Origin: Candidatus Poribacteria bacterium
GTDB taxonomy: Bacteria > Poribacteria > WGA-4E > WGA-3G
Direction: 5' to 3'
DNA length: 64,000 nucleotides
NCBI GenBank assembly: GCA_965217715.1
Contig: OZ244563.1
Span: 1,445,083 to 1,509,082, forward strand
Shown piece by piece: positions 1 to 9,227 of this stretch. Under the pieces are notes generated by a model that searched no databases, had not been told where the DNA came from, and saw only the letters and a program-made list of their open reading frames with translations. The stretch's first letter is position 1; every line of letters starts with the position of its first letter. The translations under genes and the position numbers were made by a program.

Positions 1-1384
1 AAGCCCCGAATCATTCTCTGGTTTGAAAACCGCAATTCGTCTTGGAAAAATGTTCAACAAACAGGTAGAGGCTGTAGGCGTATACGACCCCTATCTGCAC
101 TACATCGTTTTTAATTCCGTTGTAAACGTATTGACTGAACGTGCCGCCAGAACATTCAGATTTAAAGAACAGGAGCAGCTCCACGAAGAGGTAATAGATA
201 CAGGTCTTGCTAAAATATACCAGTCACACCTTGAAGTTGCTCGTTCTATCGCTAAAGAAGATCACGACTATAAACTAAAAATTACTCTCCTTGATGGAAA
301 AGCTTACGAAAAAATACTACAATACACCCGAAAAACTAATCCGTGGCTCCTCGTTTTAGGCAGAATTGGTGTCCATAATGAGCAAGATTCGGACATTGGC
401 AGCACAGCCGAAAACCTCTTACGCCTTTCTCCCTGTAACGTGCTGCTGTCAAGTCAACGTTATTTCCCTCAAATTGATGTAAAAGCAGAAGAAACCCTTG
501 TGTGGACGCAGGAAGCAATGGATCGCATGGAGAAAGCACCTCCACTGGTGCGTGGCATTGCGAAAACTGCAGTGCACCGCTTTGCTATTGAACGCGGGCA
601 TTCTGTTATTACCGAAAGCATTATTGACAAAGCGATGGAAGCGATTATGCCGCAACGCGCCTCTGAAAAACTGACACGTGTCGCAAAAGAGATCGCAGAA
701 CAGAAGGTATTAGAAGTAGGTGATGTGCAAACCTATATCTGTGGGGAATGTGGCTACGCCGCACATGATCAACAACCCGTCCAATGTCCCGTCTGTAGTT
801 CTCCACCAGAACGGTTCCAGATGGTCAATAAAGACTCCATTGAACACATTGCTGTTGACGAAGGTGGCACTGCAGAGGAGGAAACTTTTGATGGTGTTCG
901 CCTGCAATGGTCTGAGCAAGCGAAGAAAGCACTGCGTACCGTACCACGCGGCTATATGCGGCGCAATGTTAAAGCACGAATCGAAAAATCTGCACGATCC
1001 CAAAAGATTGGCACAATTACAAATGATTTCGCCACGCATATTATTGATGACAGCATGGGTGAAGCCGCAGCAGTCCGTGAAGATGCTCCTGAACTCAGAG
1101 CCATGCAAGCACAAACCGAATCTCAAGGAACAGAGACAACAGTAAACATTGAAAGTATCCTTGAATGGACAGAAGATGCTGTAGAACGGTTGAATTTAGT
1201 CCCCGCTGGATTTATGCGAAATATAACCCAAACACGTATTGAACAACGTGCCCAAGAGGTTGATATTTCTGAGATTTCGCTTGATTTTGCAGCACGTGTT
1301 ATAGAAGATGGTAGAAGCCTGGCAAACGAAGTTTTAGGTGAATATTACCAACAATCAAGTAACGGTAATAACGAAGATAGCTAA
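1..1384 (+). CDS. UspA-like domain + rubredoxin-type zinc ribbon + three tandem PCP_red (DPOR ChlB C-terminal-like) repeats; 5' end runs off the window
   Basis: The ORF is open to the window start. The USP-like stretch reads LLVLGRIG...GSTAENLLRLSPCNVLLS. A CxxC...CPVC ribbon follows. Three repeats match W(T/S)xEAxxRLxx(V/I)PxxxR....I, e.g. VWTQEAMDRMEKAPPLVRGIAK, QWSEQAKKALRTVPRGYMRRNVKARIEKSA and EWTEDAVERLNLVPAGFMRNITQTRIEQRA. Confidence 0.5.
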   Translation, partial: SPESFSGLKTAIRLGKMFNKQVEAVGVYDPYLHYIVFNSVVNVLTERAARTFRFKEQEQLHEEVIDTGLAKIYQSHLEVARSIAKEDHDYKLKITLLDGKAYEKILQYTRKTNPWLLVLGRIGVHNEQDSDIGSTAENLLRLSPCNVLLSSQRYFPQIDVKAEETLVWTQEAMDRMEKAPPLVRGIAKTAVHRFAIERGHSVITESIIDKAMEAIMPQRASEKLTRVAKEIAEQKVLEVGDVQTYICGECGYAAHDQQPVQCPVCSSPPERFQMVNKDSIEHIAVDEGGTAEEETFDGVRLQWSEQAKKALRTVPRGYMRRNVKARIEKSARSQKIGTITNDFATHIIDDSMGEAAAVREDAPELRAMQAQTESQGTETTVNIESILEWTEDAVERLNLVPAGFMRNITQTRIEQRAQEVDISEISLDFAARVIEDGRSLANEVLGEYYQQSSNGNNEDS

Positions 1385-1398
1385 AACGGGAATATATT

Positions 1399-1827
1399 AT
1401 GGCGGACCTTCCGACAATTACTTTCCAAATCCTTGGTCCAAATGAAGGCGCCGCAGAGGGATCAAGCAAAGGTTTATGGTTTAAGTTAAAATCTGAGCCA
1501 CCACCATCAGAAGACCTCGTTGTAGGTTTGAAAGTCCGTTCATCTAACGGAAAGATCAGACAATCTGGTGTCATCATGATTCTGAAACATGAAAGCCATT
1601 CTGCAGACTTTTTTTATAAAACAGTGGTAGGTGATCTTGATGTTTGGTTGGAAATTGAACCTATTGACTCCCTTACCAATCTTGAATTTCCTATTTTCAC
1701 AAACGAAGGTTATGTAATAGAGGCAGAGCATAAGTTCCCTGAGTACAACGTTGGAGATCTATCAAAAATAGTTCCTTACCAGTGGAACGGTCACGATCGA
1801 GGCTTATGGACAGACGAGAATCGTTAA
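1399..1827 (+). CDS. hypothetical protein (142 aa)
   Basis: ORF only; no recognisable motif. Confidence 0.3.
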   Translation: MADLPTITFQILGPNEGAAEGSSKGLWFKLKSEPPPSEDLVVGLKVRSSNGKIRQSGVIMILKHESHSADFFYKTVVGDLDVWLEIEPIDSLTNLEFPIFTNEGYVIEAEHKFPEYNVGDLSKIVPYQWNGHDRGLWTDENR

Positions 1828-1928
1828 ACATTGTAATAGCGTAAATAATTGATTCGCGATTCAAGAGACACAGCGTCACACTATACTACAACGGAACTCA
1901 GCAAAGTTCGCTGAAATGGAGATTTATC

Positions 1929-3203
1929 ATGCAAAAGCATATTGTCAACATCCTGCTAATTTCCCTATTTGCGTCTCTAATTCTAATAAACAATGGTTTC
2001 GCTGAAAACTGGCACCAATGGCGTGGACCAAACAACGATGGAATCAGCCAAGAGACCGAAGTGCCTATCCAGTGGAGCCAAACCGAAAATGTTCAATGGC
2101 GCTTACCACTGCCAGGAGAGGGTGCATCTACACCCGTTGTCTGGGGAGATAAGATTTTCCTGACATCTGCTGAAGAAGACGCACTTGTTCTGATGTGCGT
2201 CAACACAGAAGGTGAAGAACTATGGAAACGCACTTTGGGATATGGCAACCGTTCTGCACGCCGTGGCGAAGTCAACTTTGCTGCGCCCTCTCCAACAACT
2301 GACGGTGAACATGTCTGGGCGTTTCTCGGAAGCGGCGATCTCGCCTGTTATGATTTTGAAGGCAATCCCGTCTGGAAGACAAATTTGGAGGATCGTTACG
2401 GCAAATTTAGACTCGGATTCATCATGTCAATGACACCGCTGCTGGACAAGGATAGGCTATACCTTCAACTTATCCATAGTAACGCTTGGTTAGTTCTTGC
2501 ACTTGACAAGATGACAGGTGAAGAAGTATGGAAACATGACCGGAAAAGTGACGCTTTCGCTGAATGCGAACACGCTTACACATCCCCAATTTTATACCGT
2601 GATGCGGAACGTGAATTTCTCGTCGTGCATGGTGCTGACTATGTCACCGCGCACAATCTTGAAGATGGCAGCGAAATTTGGCGATGCGGTGGTATAAATC
2701 CACCGAATAATTATAACCGTTCATTCCGACTCGTTGCTTCTCCTGTGGCCACTGAAGGTCTTATTGTCGTTCCTTCCGCGAAGAGTGGTCCTATTTTAGG
2801 AATAAATCCGTCAGGAACTGGCGATATAACGGACAGCGAATGGCAAACATGGAAACATCCGCGAGACACACCAGATGTTCCATCCCCACTTATCCACGAT
2901 GGCTTAGTCTACCTGTGTCGAGAAAATGGTGACCTGTTATGTCTTGATGCAAAAACGGGAGAGAAGCTTTATCTGATGCGAACACACCGCCAGCGGCACC
3001 GCTCTTCTCCAGTTTATGCTAACGGCTATATCTATCTAACAGCAAGAGATGGTGTTGTCAATGTTGTTAAGGCAGGACGCGAATTTGAAATCGTGGCTAC
3101 GAATTCAATTGACGAAACCGTTGCTGCTTCGCCTGTTATTGCGGATGGAGTTCTCTACTTGCGTAGTTACGATGCCTTGTATGCCATCGGTAAGAAAAAG
3201 TGA
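1929..3203 (+). CDS. secreted PQQ-like beta-propeller repeat protein
   Basis: An N-terminal signal peptide is present. Repeated W-rich blades (NWHQWRGPNNDG, WAFLGSGDLACYDFEGNPVWK, EIWRCGG, LLCLDAKTGEKLY) resemble PQQ/BamB-type propellers. Confidence 0.65.
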   Translation: MQKHIVNILLISLFASLILINNGFAENWHQWRGPNNDGISQETEVPIQWSQTENVQWRLPLPGEGASTPVVWGDKIFLTSAEEDALVLMCVNTEGEELWKRTLGYGNRSARRGEVNFAAPSPTTDGEHVWAFLGSGDLACYDFEGNPVWKTNLEDRYGKFRLGFIMSMTPLLDKDRLYLQLIHSNAWLVLALDKMTGEEVWKHDRKSDAFAECEHAYTSPILYRDAEREFLVVHGADYVTAHNLEDGSEIWRCGGINPPNNYNRSFRLVASPVATEGLIVVPSAKSGPILGINPSGTGDITDSEWQTWKHPRDTPDVPSPLIHDGLVYLCRENGDLLCLDAKTGEKLYLMRTHRQRHRSSPVYANGYIYLTARDGVVNVVKAGREFEIVATNSIDETVAASPVIADGVLYLRSYDALYAIGKKK

Positions 3204-4081
3204 AAAGTTATAAGGAACTCCCGGATGATGCCGGTTCCAACATTATCGGGCAAGTCACTGCACAAGCGAACCGTCTTAGTAAAAGGCTTGCTCCGGTAAA
3301 ACGGACAATCGCTATAATGAGCGGAAAGGGTGGTGTCGGCAAGAGTGCTATTACTGCTAATCTCGCTACTGCTTTGACGTTGGCGGGGTGTGCTGTCGGG
3401 GTTGTTGATGCTGACATCAACGGTCCTACGATTGCCAAAATGATGGGGGTTCGCGACGCAACGCTTGAATATGTATCTACAGGTGTCAAACCGGCAGTCA
3501 GTTCTCTCGGTATTAAGATCATCTCAATGGACTTGCTCCTGTCTGAAGATGATGCACCCGTGCTGTGGAGTGCACATACGCAAAAAGACGCTTTTACATG
3601 GCGTAACACAATGGAAGTAGGCGCACTGCGAGAGTTTATCGGCGACACAGAATGGGGAGAGTTGGACTATCTTCTGCTTGATCTGCCACCAGGTTCTGAC
3701 CGCTTGCCCAATGTGGCTGAACTTATACCAAATCTCGGTGGCGTAGTCGTCGTGACAATTCCCTCCGAAGTCTCACATCTGATTGTCAAAAAATCTATAA
3801 CAATGGCAAGAGACATTCTCAAAGTGCCGATTATCGGTATTGTAGAGAATATGGCGTTTTATGTGTGTAAACATTGTGGTGAACACGAACCTCTCTTTTC
3901 TGCTGCGGATACACCCGCTAATGCGATTCAGTTAACAACGCTCGGCAAAATCCCTTTCGACCCGAAACTCTCACGTTGTAGCGACAGCGGCACCCCTTAT
4001 CTCCATGAACACCCCGATACCCCCGCAAGCAAAGCTATTATAGAAATAGAACAAAATATCCAAAAGTTTTTCAATACATAG
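3200..4081 (+). CDS. apbC: Mrp/ApbC/NBP35-family Fe-S cluster carrier P-loop ATPase
   Basis: Deviant Walker A IAIMSGKGGVGKSAITANLA. A CxxC motif (CKHCGEHEP) sits in the expected position. GTG start overlaps the upstream stop. Confidence 0.75.
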   Translation: MKSYKELPDDAGSNIIGQVTAQANRLSKRLAPVKRTIAIMSGKGGVGKSAITANLATALTLAGCAVGVVDADINGPTIAKMMGVRDATLEYVSTGVKPAVSSLGIKIISMDLLLSEDDAPVLWSAHTQKDAFTWRNTMEVGALREFIGDTEWGELDYLLLDLPPGSDRLPNVAELIPNLGGVVVVTIPSEVSHLIVKKSITMARDILKVPIIGIVENMAFYVCKHCGEHEPLFSAADTPANAIQLTTLGKIPFDPKLSRCSDSGTPYLHEHPDTPASKAIIEIEQNIQKFFNT

Positions 4082-4131
4082 TTCTGGACACCGCCTTTTT
4101 ACTTTTCCGCAAATGATATGGAGATTAAACG

Positions 4132-4650
4132 ATGAAATTCTTATGTATAGACTGTGACACAGCAATGAAATTTAAAGACGTAACCCGTCCTGAACAGGGT
4201 TCCGTCACCGCTGTATTTGAATGTCCCGATTGTTTTACTGAGATAGCAATGTACTTAAATCCATCGGAAACGCAAATGCTAAAATCCTTAGACCTGAAAC
4301 TTGGCGGTAGCAGCGAAGCGGCACAACCGATGCAGATGGTTCGTTCGCAGTTAGAAACCGCAAAGCAAGATTCAATGCCAAACATACCGTCAGAAATGGG
4401 TTCCGGTGAAACTGCTGAAGGTGGAAAGTGTCCCTTTACCTCTGTTATCTCGGATGCTTTTGAGGAAAAATCTGAACCTGATGGTCTCACATGGACACCT
4501 GAAGCACTTGAACGTTTAGAACGAATCCCAAGCTTTGTCCGTCCGATGGCAAAGATGGGAATTGAAAGTTTTGCCAAAGATAACGGACATGACGAAATCA
4601 CTGCCGAAGTGATGGATGCCGCACGCGGAAACTTCCCCGCGCAGTTCTAA
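4132..4650 (+). CDS. zinc-ribbon + PCP_red domain protein
   Basis: Two CxxC pairs at the N-terminus (CIDCD...CPDC). The C-terminus reads TWTPEALERLERIPSFVRPMAKMGIESFAKDNGHDEITAEVMDAARG, which is ChlB C-terminal-like. Confidence 0.5.
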   Translation: MKFLCIDCDTAMKFKDVTRPEQGSVTAVFECPDCFTEIAMYLNPSETQMLKSLDLKLGGSSEAAQPMQMVRSQLETAKQDSMPNIPSEMGSGETAEGGKCPFTSVISDAFEEKSEPDGLTWTPEALERLERIPSFVRPMAKMGIESFAKDNGHDEITAEVMDAARGNFPAQF

Positions 4651-4764
4651 AACCATAAATGCTTGATACCCTCTCGGGTTTCGGCTATAATTAAGGCACA
4701 ATATAGATAGAACTAAAATCCCTAACCTTTGTTTTCACGCATCTTTTGGTAAAGGAGAAACATT

Positions 4765-5557
4765 ATGGCAACCAACGCGAAAAAGGACCAGGTCTCTTAT
4801 GTCCCCACAGATGCATTGACACTTTATCCTGAAGAGGATGGAAAACCGATGGCAGCAAGCGATCTTCATAGGCATCAGTTGTTTTGGACATTAGAAGCAC
4901 TTGAGGCACATTTCTCACATAACCCATCTGTCTATATCTCTGGTGATATTCTGATATATTATGTGGAAGGCTCACCTAATAAGTCTATATCTCCAGATGT
5001 TCTTGTCTCTTTCGAAATAGGAATGAAGGCAAGGCGGACATATTTGGTGTGGGAAGAGGGTAAAGTGCCAGAATTCGTGATGGAGTTCAGCAGTAAAAAC
5101 ACATACCAAAATGACTTAACTAAAAAGATGGATATCTACGCATCACTCAAGATACAGGACTATTTCTTGTATGATGCGGAAGGTCTGTATTTACCATCAC
5201 AACTGATGGGGTTTGAGTTGGTTAATGGCAACTATGTGGCGGTTCAACCAGATGAGAGTGGTGGTATTCGTTCATCGTCCTTAGGTTTAGATTTCCGCAT
5301 AAGGGATCAGGAAATAGGTATCTATGATCCAGTTACGCGTGACTGGGTGCGAACACGTGCAGAAGCAGAAGCGATACGTGCCGATACCGCCGAAGCGAAG
5401 CACGCGCAGAACAAGAAACTACCGCACGACTGAAGGAAACTACACGCGCCGAAACTGCTGAAGCACGCGCAGAACAAGAAACTACCGCACGACAGGAAGC
5501 GGAAGCGGAAGCCGCACAACTCCGAGAAGAGATCGCACGCTTGCAAGCACGCACTTA
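4765..5557 (+). pseudogene. Uma2-family (DUF820) PD-(D/E)xK putative endonuclease; the 3' end has a 63-bp-period tandem repeat and a frame break. The intact reading frame covers 4765-5433.
   Basis: Uma2-like core: SPDVLVSFEI...PEFVMEFSS...DYFLYD. The annotated frame stops at 5431. A different frame continues as EARAEQETTARLKETTRAETAEARAEQETTARQEAEAEAAQLREEIARLQART to a stop at 5555. Compared with the second repeat copy, the first carries an extra 5 nt near 5393-5400. Confidence 0.5.
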
Positions 5558-5615
5558 ATACACTATTTGAAACGTTGTTGGCAAAAATAGAACAACTAAA
5601 ACAGGAAGAGTCGCT

Positions 5616-5912
5616 ATGAAATACGGCTTATCAGACCGAACTCTTGAAAAAATACACGGCGTTTTCAAGCAGTATCCACAGATTGAGAAGGCAATTTTGT
5701 ACGGTTCACGTGCCATAGGCACATATCGAAACGGATCTGACATTGACCTAACCCTCTGTGGCGAAGGATTAACACACAGCGTGCTTTCTAAAATTGACAC
5801 CGATCTTGATGATCTGCTTTTACCTTATACGATTGACCTCTCTGTTTTCAGCAAGATAGGAAATCCGGATATGGTTGCGCAAATTGAACGTGTCGGGGGT
5901 GAACTTTTATGA
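5616..5912 (+). CDS. minimal nucleotidyltransferase (MNT/Pol-beta superfamily) protein
   Basis: The motif LYGSRAIGTYRNGSDIDLTL matches GS...DxD. Confidence 0.65.
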   Translation: MKYGLSDRTLEKIHGVFKQYPQIEKAILYGSRAIGTYRNGSDIDLTLCGEGLTHSVLSKIDTDLDDLLLPYTIDLSVFSKIGNPDMVAQIERVGGELL

Positions 5913-5973
5913 GAAATGTGAGAGCGTATAATCTCATACCTAACCGTAAGGCAAATCGAGCAAATAACAAACA

Positions 5974-6432
5974 ATGCGGACGTTTGTAGAACTTTTCATC
6001 CGAAGTATCCATCTTATTGCGGCAATAGTCTGGTTCGGAGGTGTCATTTTTTCAACACTGATTGCGATGCCGATAGTTCGGCAAAACCTACCAGCGCAAG
6101 ACCTGTTGGAGATTCACAATCGATTTCGCCACTGGATCCGATTGATGATTAATATGCTTTTACTCACAGGCGGCATTGTGGTATTTATTGTTGCATGGAA
6201 TAGTAATATGGAATTAAAATCGGAGTATATGATATATTCAGCTGCAAAGTTGGCAGCATTCGGATTGATGGCACTCTTTTGGGGACTATACAGTTCACTT
6301 TATCGGAAGCACCTGGAGGCAGCACAACCAGATAGTAACGTTATCGTTCCCCATCATATAAACGCATTCGGACATTTGACATTATTTTCAGGATTAGTTG
6401 TATTCGCGCTCGCACTACTATTGAGAAATTAA
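5974..6432 (+). CDS. small integral membrane protein (about 4 TM helices)
   Basis: Hydrophobic segments only. Confidence 0.35.
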   Translation: MRTFVELFIRSIHLIAAIVWFGGVIFSTLIAMPIVRQNLPAQDLLEIHNRFRHWIRLMINMLLLTGGIVVFIVAWNSNMELKSEYMIYSAAKLAAFGLMALFWGLYSSLYRKHLEAAQPDSNVIVPHHINAFGHLTLFSGLVVFALALLLRN

Positions 6433-6444
6433 AATATGTGCCCT

Positions 6445-6474
6445 GGTAGGTGCGGTTAGGAAACCGCACCTACC
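6445..6474. repeat. family-A palindromic element (ggtaggtgcggttaggaaaccgcacctacc)
   Basis: Perfect 30-bp palindrome. Related copies occur at 27332, 27471, 31174, 31998, 35056, 35101, 54402 and 58153. Confidence 0.8.
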
Positions 6475-6500
6475 GCGAAAAAAGATTATGGATTCACTAA

Positions 6501-7805
6501 ATGGAAAACACAAAAGTTCAGGCAGTCTCATGGAATATCACCAGATTGTGCAATCTAAAATGTACGCACTGCTACCTCCCCGCCGGGTTCGTTGATACAG
6601 ACGAGTTTCCGCAAGGGTATTTGAGAGATGCAGAATTGAGCCAATCCGAGTGTTTTCGTATTATTGATGAGATAGCCGAAATTAACCCTCATATTCTGCT
6701 GATACTCACGGGTGGCGAACCGTTGTTACGTCCAGATATTCTGGAGATTTCAAAATACGCTTGGGATACCGGGTTTCTTGTCGTGATGGGAACAAATGGT
6801 GTCCTCCTGAACGACAAAGTCGTTGAAAAGATGCAACAACACGGTGTTACTGGCGCGGGATTAAGTCTGGATTCAATCCAGCCAGCAAATCACGATAAGT
6901 TTCGCGGAATGGAAGGCGCGTGGAAAGCAACGATGGGAGGCGTTGAAGCACTCAAACGTGCACAGCTTGACTTCCTCGTCCAAACCTCTGTGACGCAGTG
7001 GAATTACGATGAAATCCCAGAAATTGTAGAATTTGCATATCAGTTGGGGGCGAAGGTGCTAAACCTCTATTTTCTCGTGCGAACGGGACGGGGTAAGACG
7101 GTAATGGACATTACGCCTGCGCAATATGAGAAGATGCTTGAGACGATGTTCCAACTACAGGCAGAATATAGCGGGAAGATGCTCATCGCCGCGAAATGCG
7201 CACCGCATTACAAACGTGTTATCTATGAACAGCAGTCCGATTCAGCGTTCCTTCAAGGCTATCCGAGTGGTACGTGCCCTTGCGGTATCTATTATTGTCG
7301 CATAAGCCCTGAAGGTGAACTGACACCGTGTCCGTATCTACCTGTCAGCGTTGGCAATCTCAAAGACGAGAGTTTTGTCAAACTGTGGAATGAATCGGAA
7401 GCATTTCATGAGTTGCGAAATAGGGATATGCTGCAAGGGAAGTGTGGTGCATGTGAATTCAGAGAGGTATGCGGTGGATGTAGAGCACGTGCTTTTGCCA
7501 CGACTGGCAACTATCTTGCCGCAGATGAGTCTTGTGAATATCAACCAGGGCAGCAAAGACAACAGCCCGTTCAATTGGAAAAACGGACTGTCTTTGGAAC
7601 AGAACCCGATTACGATTTAAAGTGGAACGATGCAGCGGAAAAGAGATTGAAGCGCGTTCCATCATTTGCGCGCGGTATGGTTGTCAAAAGCGTTGAAAAA
7701 TATGCGCGTGAACACGGCTATCGAGAAATCACACCGGAACTGATGAAAGCGGTCAAAGAGAGGTTTGACAAAACTGGCATTCCCTCTTTCCGACCGCGTC
7801 GATAG
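6501..7805 (+). CDS. radical SAM enzyme with SPASM/twitch auxiliary-cluster domain and C-terminal PCP_red domain
   Basis: The CNLKCTHC sequence fits the Cx3Cx2C radical-SAM motif. Cys-rich SPASM region: CPCGIYYC...CPY, CGACEFREVCGGC. The C-terminus reads KWNDAAEKRLKRVPSFARGMVVKSVEKYAREHGYREITPELMKAVKERF. Confidence 0.75.
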   Translation: MENTKVQAVSWNITRLCNLKCTHCYLPAGFVDTDEFPQGYLRDAELSQSECFRIIDEIAEINPHILLILTGGEPLLRPDILEISKYAWDTGFLVVMGTNGVLLNDKVVEKMQQHGVTGAGLSLDSIQPANHDKFRGMEGAWKATMGGVEALKRAQLDFLVQTSVTQWNYDEIPEIVEFAYQLGAKVLNLYFLVRTGRGKTVMDITPAQYEKMLETMFQLQAEYSGKMLIAAKCAPHYKRVIYEQQSDSAFLQGYPSGTCPCGIYYCRISPEGELTPCPYLPVSVGNLKDESFVKLWNESEAFHELRNRDMLQGKCGACEFREVCGGCRARAFATTGNYLAADESCEYQPGQQRQQPVQLEKRTVFGTEPDYDLKWNDAAEKRLKRVPSFARGMVVKSVEKYAREHGYREITPELMKAVKERFDKTGIPSFRPRR

Positions 7806-7819
7806 ACTTGTATTTTCTT

Positions 7820-7928
7820 CTGTAGGAGGGAATCAACGCCAAATACGCGTGTGGTATTTGGCGGGTTTGTAACCCCGATTTCTTATTTTTCTTTTGTAGG
7901 AGGGGTTTGTAACCCCGATTTCTTACGC
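7820..7928. repeat. family-B (tgtaggag) MITE-like element containing a ccaaatacgcgtgtggtatttgg hairpin and two copies of ttgtaaccccgatttctta
   Basis: Intergenic. Shares tgtaggagg and gtttgtaaccccgat modules with copies at 27397, 29841, 31925, 32050 and 54735. Confidence 0.7.
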
Positions 7929-7951
7929 TAAAAACAGTAGAGGAAACTTGT

Positions 7952-8671
7952 ATGCTAACAGCAAAACAGGTGGAATATTTTCAGGAAAACGGATACCTTA
8001 TTCTTGAAAACTTGATCGATTCAGATGTAATTGATGGGTGGCGGGAACAGATTTGGAAGCATTTCAACTCCAGCTTGGAGACTCCAGAAACGTGGCCCGA
8101 CAATTATGTAGTAGAAAACTTCGGTTTTTCCCCAAATTTCGGACAATTGCCTCCGATGCAAGCGATTATTGAGCGATTGGGCGGTGGTGAGTTTGCAGGT
8201 GGAGGCGGCGCACCACTTGTGAAATGGCCTAACCCAGATGCGGAATGGTCAATGCCGGGTAGTGGACACATTGATGCCTATGGACCTGGTGGATGGAGTC
8301 CGTTTATGATGGGTGCAACGACCTATCTATACGACGTTGAACCCGGTGGCGGTGCTTTTGTCTTTTGGCCCAAAAGCCATCGGACAACACACGAATACTT
8401 CCTCAAATATCCTGAGCAGGTTGATGGAAGTTTTACAGATATTGAAGGGTGGAGTTGGAATTTATTTTCAGATTCATCACCAGAGGGACCGCGAGAGTTT
8501 ATCGGCGCGGCGGGTGATGTTGTGCTATGGCACGCATATCTGTGCCATACAGGTTCTGGCAATATCAGGAACATCCCACGTGTCGGCATATTCGCACGCT
8601 ACCACCATAAACGACGTGAAGAAATTAGATACGAAATTCCGGAAGACCTCTGGAAATATTGGGTAATTTAA
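7952..8671 (+). CDS. PhyH-family (phytanoyl-CoA dioxygenase-like) Fe(II)/2-oxoglutarate oxygenase
   Basis: N-terminal LTAKQVEYFQENGYLILENLI. An HxD motif (GSGHIDAYG) and a distal His (WHAYLCHTGSGN) are present. Confidence 0.6.
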   Translation: MLTAKQVEYFQENGYLILENLIDSDVIDGWREQIWKHFNSSLETPETWPDNYVVENFGFSPNFGQLPPMQAIIERLGGGEFAGGGGAPLVKWPNPDAEWSMPGSGHIDAYGPGGWSPFMMGATTYLYDVEPGGGAFVFWPKSHRTTHEYFLKYPEQVDGSFTDIEGWSWNLFSDSSPEGPREFIGAAGDVVLWHAYLCHTGSGNIRNIPRVGIFARYHHKRREEIRYEIPEDLWKYWVI

Positions 8672-8680
8672 GGAGGAAAC

Positions 8681-9094
8681 ATGAGCGAGCAAACTAACGT
8701 TCAAAAACGACTCACAAGCGTTGAAGACCGTTTGGAGCGTCTGGAAAATCTGCTAACCAGCATTGATGAAAAGCTGGAGCAGATATCGCAAACTGATGTT
8801 ATAGAATCTGGAAGCACAGAAAAGTTTCAACAGTGGGTGACCGATTACGTCTCAATGCGGTTACAGCAACTTGTGCCAGAAACCTGCGATCATCCCGCAG
8901 AAGCAGCGGCACAGGACGGTCCTTTTCTTGATAACACCAATGTGCCGTGCACGGAAGAGGTTGTACATCGCGTTAAACGAATTCCAATCCCGTTTGTGCG
9001 GGAGATGGTTGTCCAACGTGTGGCAGAGAACGCGCGTTCCGCACAAATTGAACGTGTGGATATTGAGTTTTTTGAAAATGCTGCCACGTTCTGA
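8681..9094 (+). CDS. coiled-coil + PCP_red domain protein
   Basis: N-terminal heptad-like region LERLENLLTSIDEKLEQI. C-terminal EEVVHRVKRIPIPFVREMVVQRVAENARSAQIERVDIEFFENA. Confidence 0.5.
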   Translation: MSEQTNVQKRLTSVEDRLERLENLLTSIDEKLEQISQTDVIESGSTEKFQQWVTDYVSMRLQQLVPETCDHPAEAAAQDGPFLDNTNVPCTEEVVHRVKRIPIPFVREMVVQRVAENARSAQIERVDIEFFENAATF

Positions 9095-9227
9095 CAATGT
9101 AAAGCCACAGAGGAGTTCCCTCTGCCGAATTTTGATTGGAAGGACTTCTTGAAGGCTCCTGGCTTATAATGTTATACTACATACATCGGTAGGCACGTTG
9201 TTTTTATGTATATCTTTATTCTTGTAA

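Noticed and set aside
3208-3648. Antisense or overlapping ORFs embedded in strong genes (e.g. 3208-3648 in apbC, 23189-23470 in acs, 25393-25911 in moeA, 17711-18085 opposite Rrf2, 5322-5554 opposite the Uma2 tail, 8313-8666 and 8323-8589 in the PhyH gene)
   Set aside because: They are fully contained in higher-confidence genes on the other strand or frame, have no motifs and show biased composition. These look like frame-shadow artefacts.
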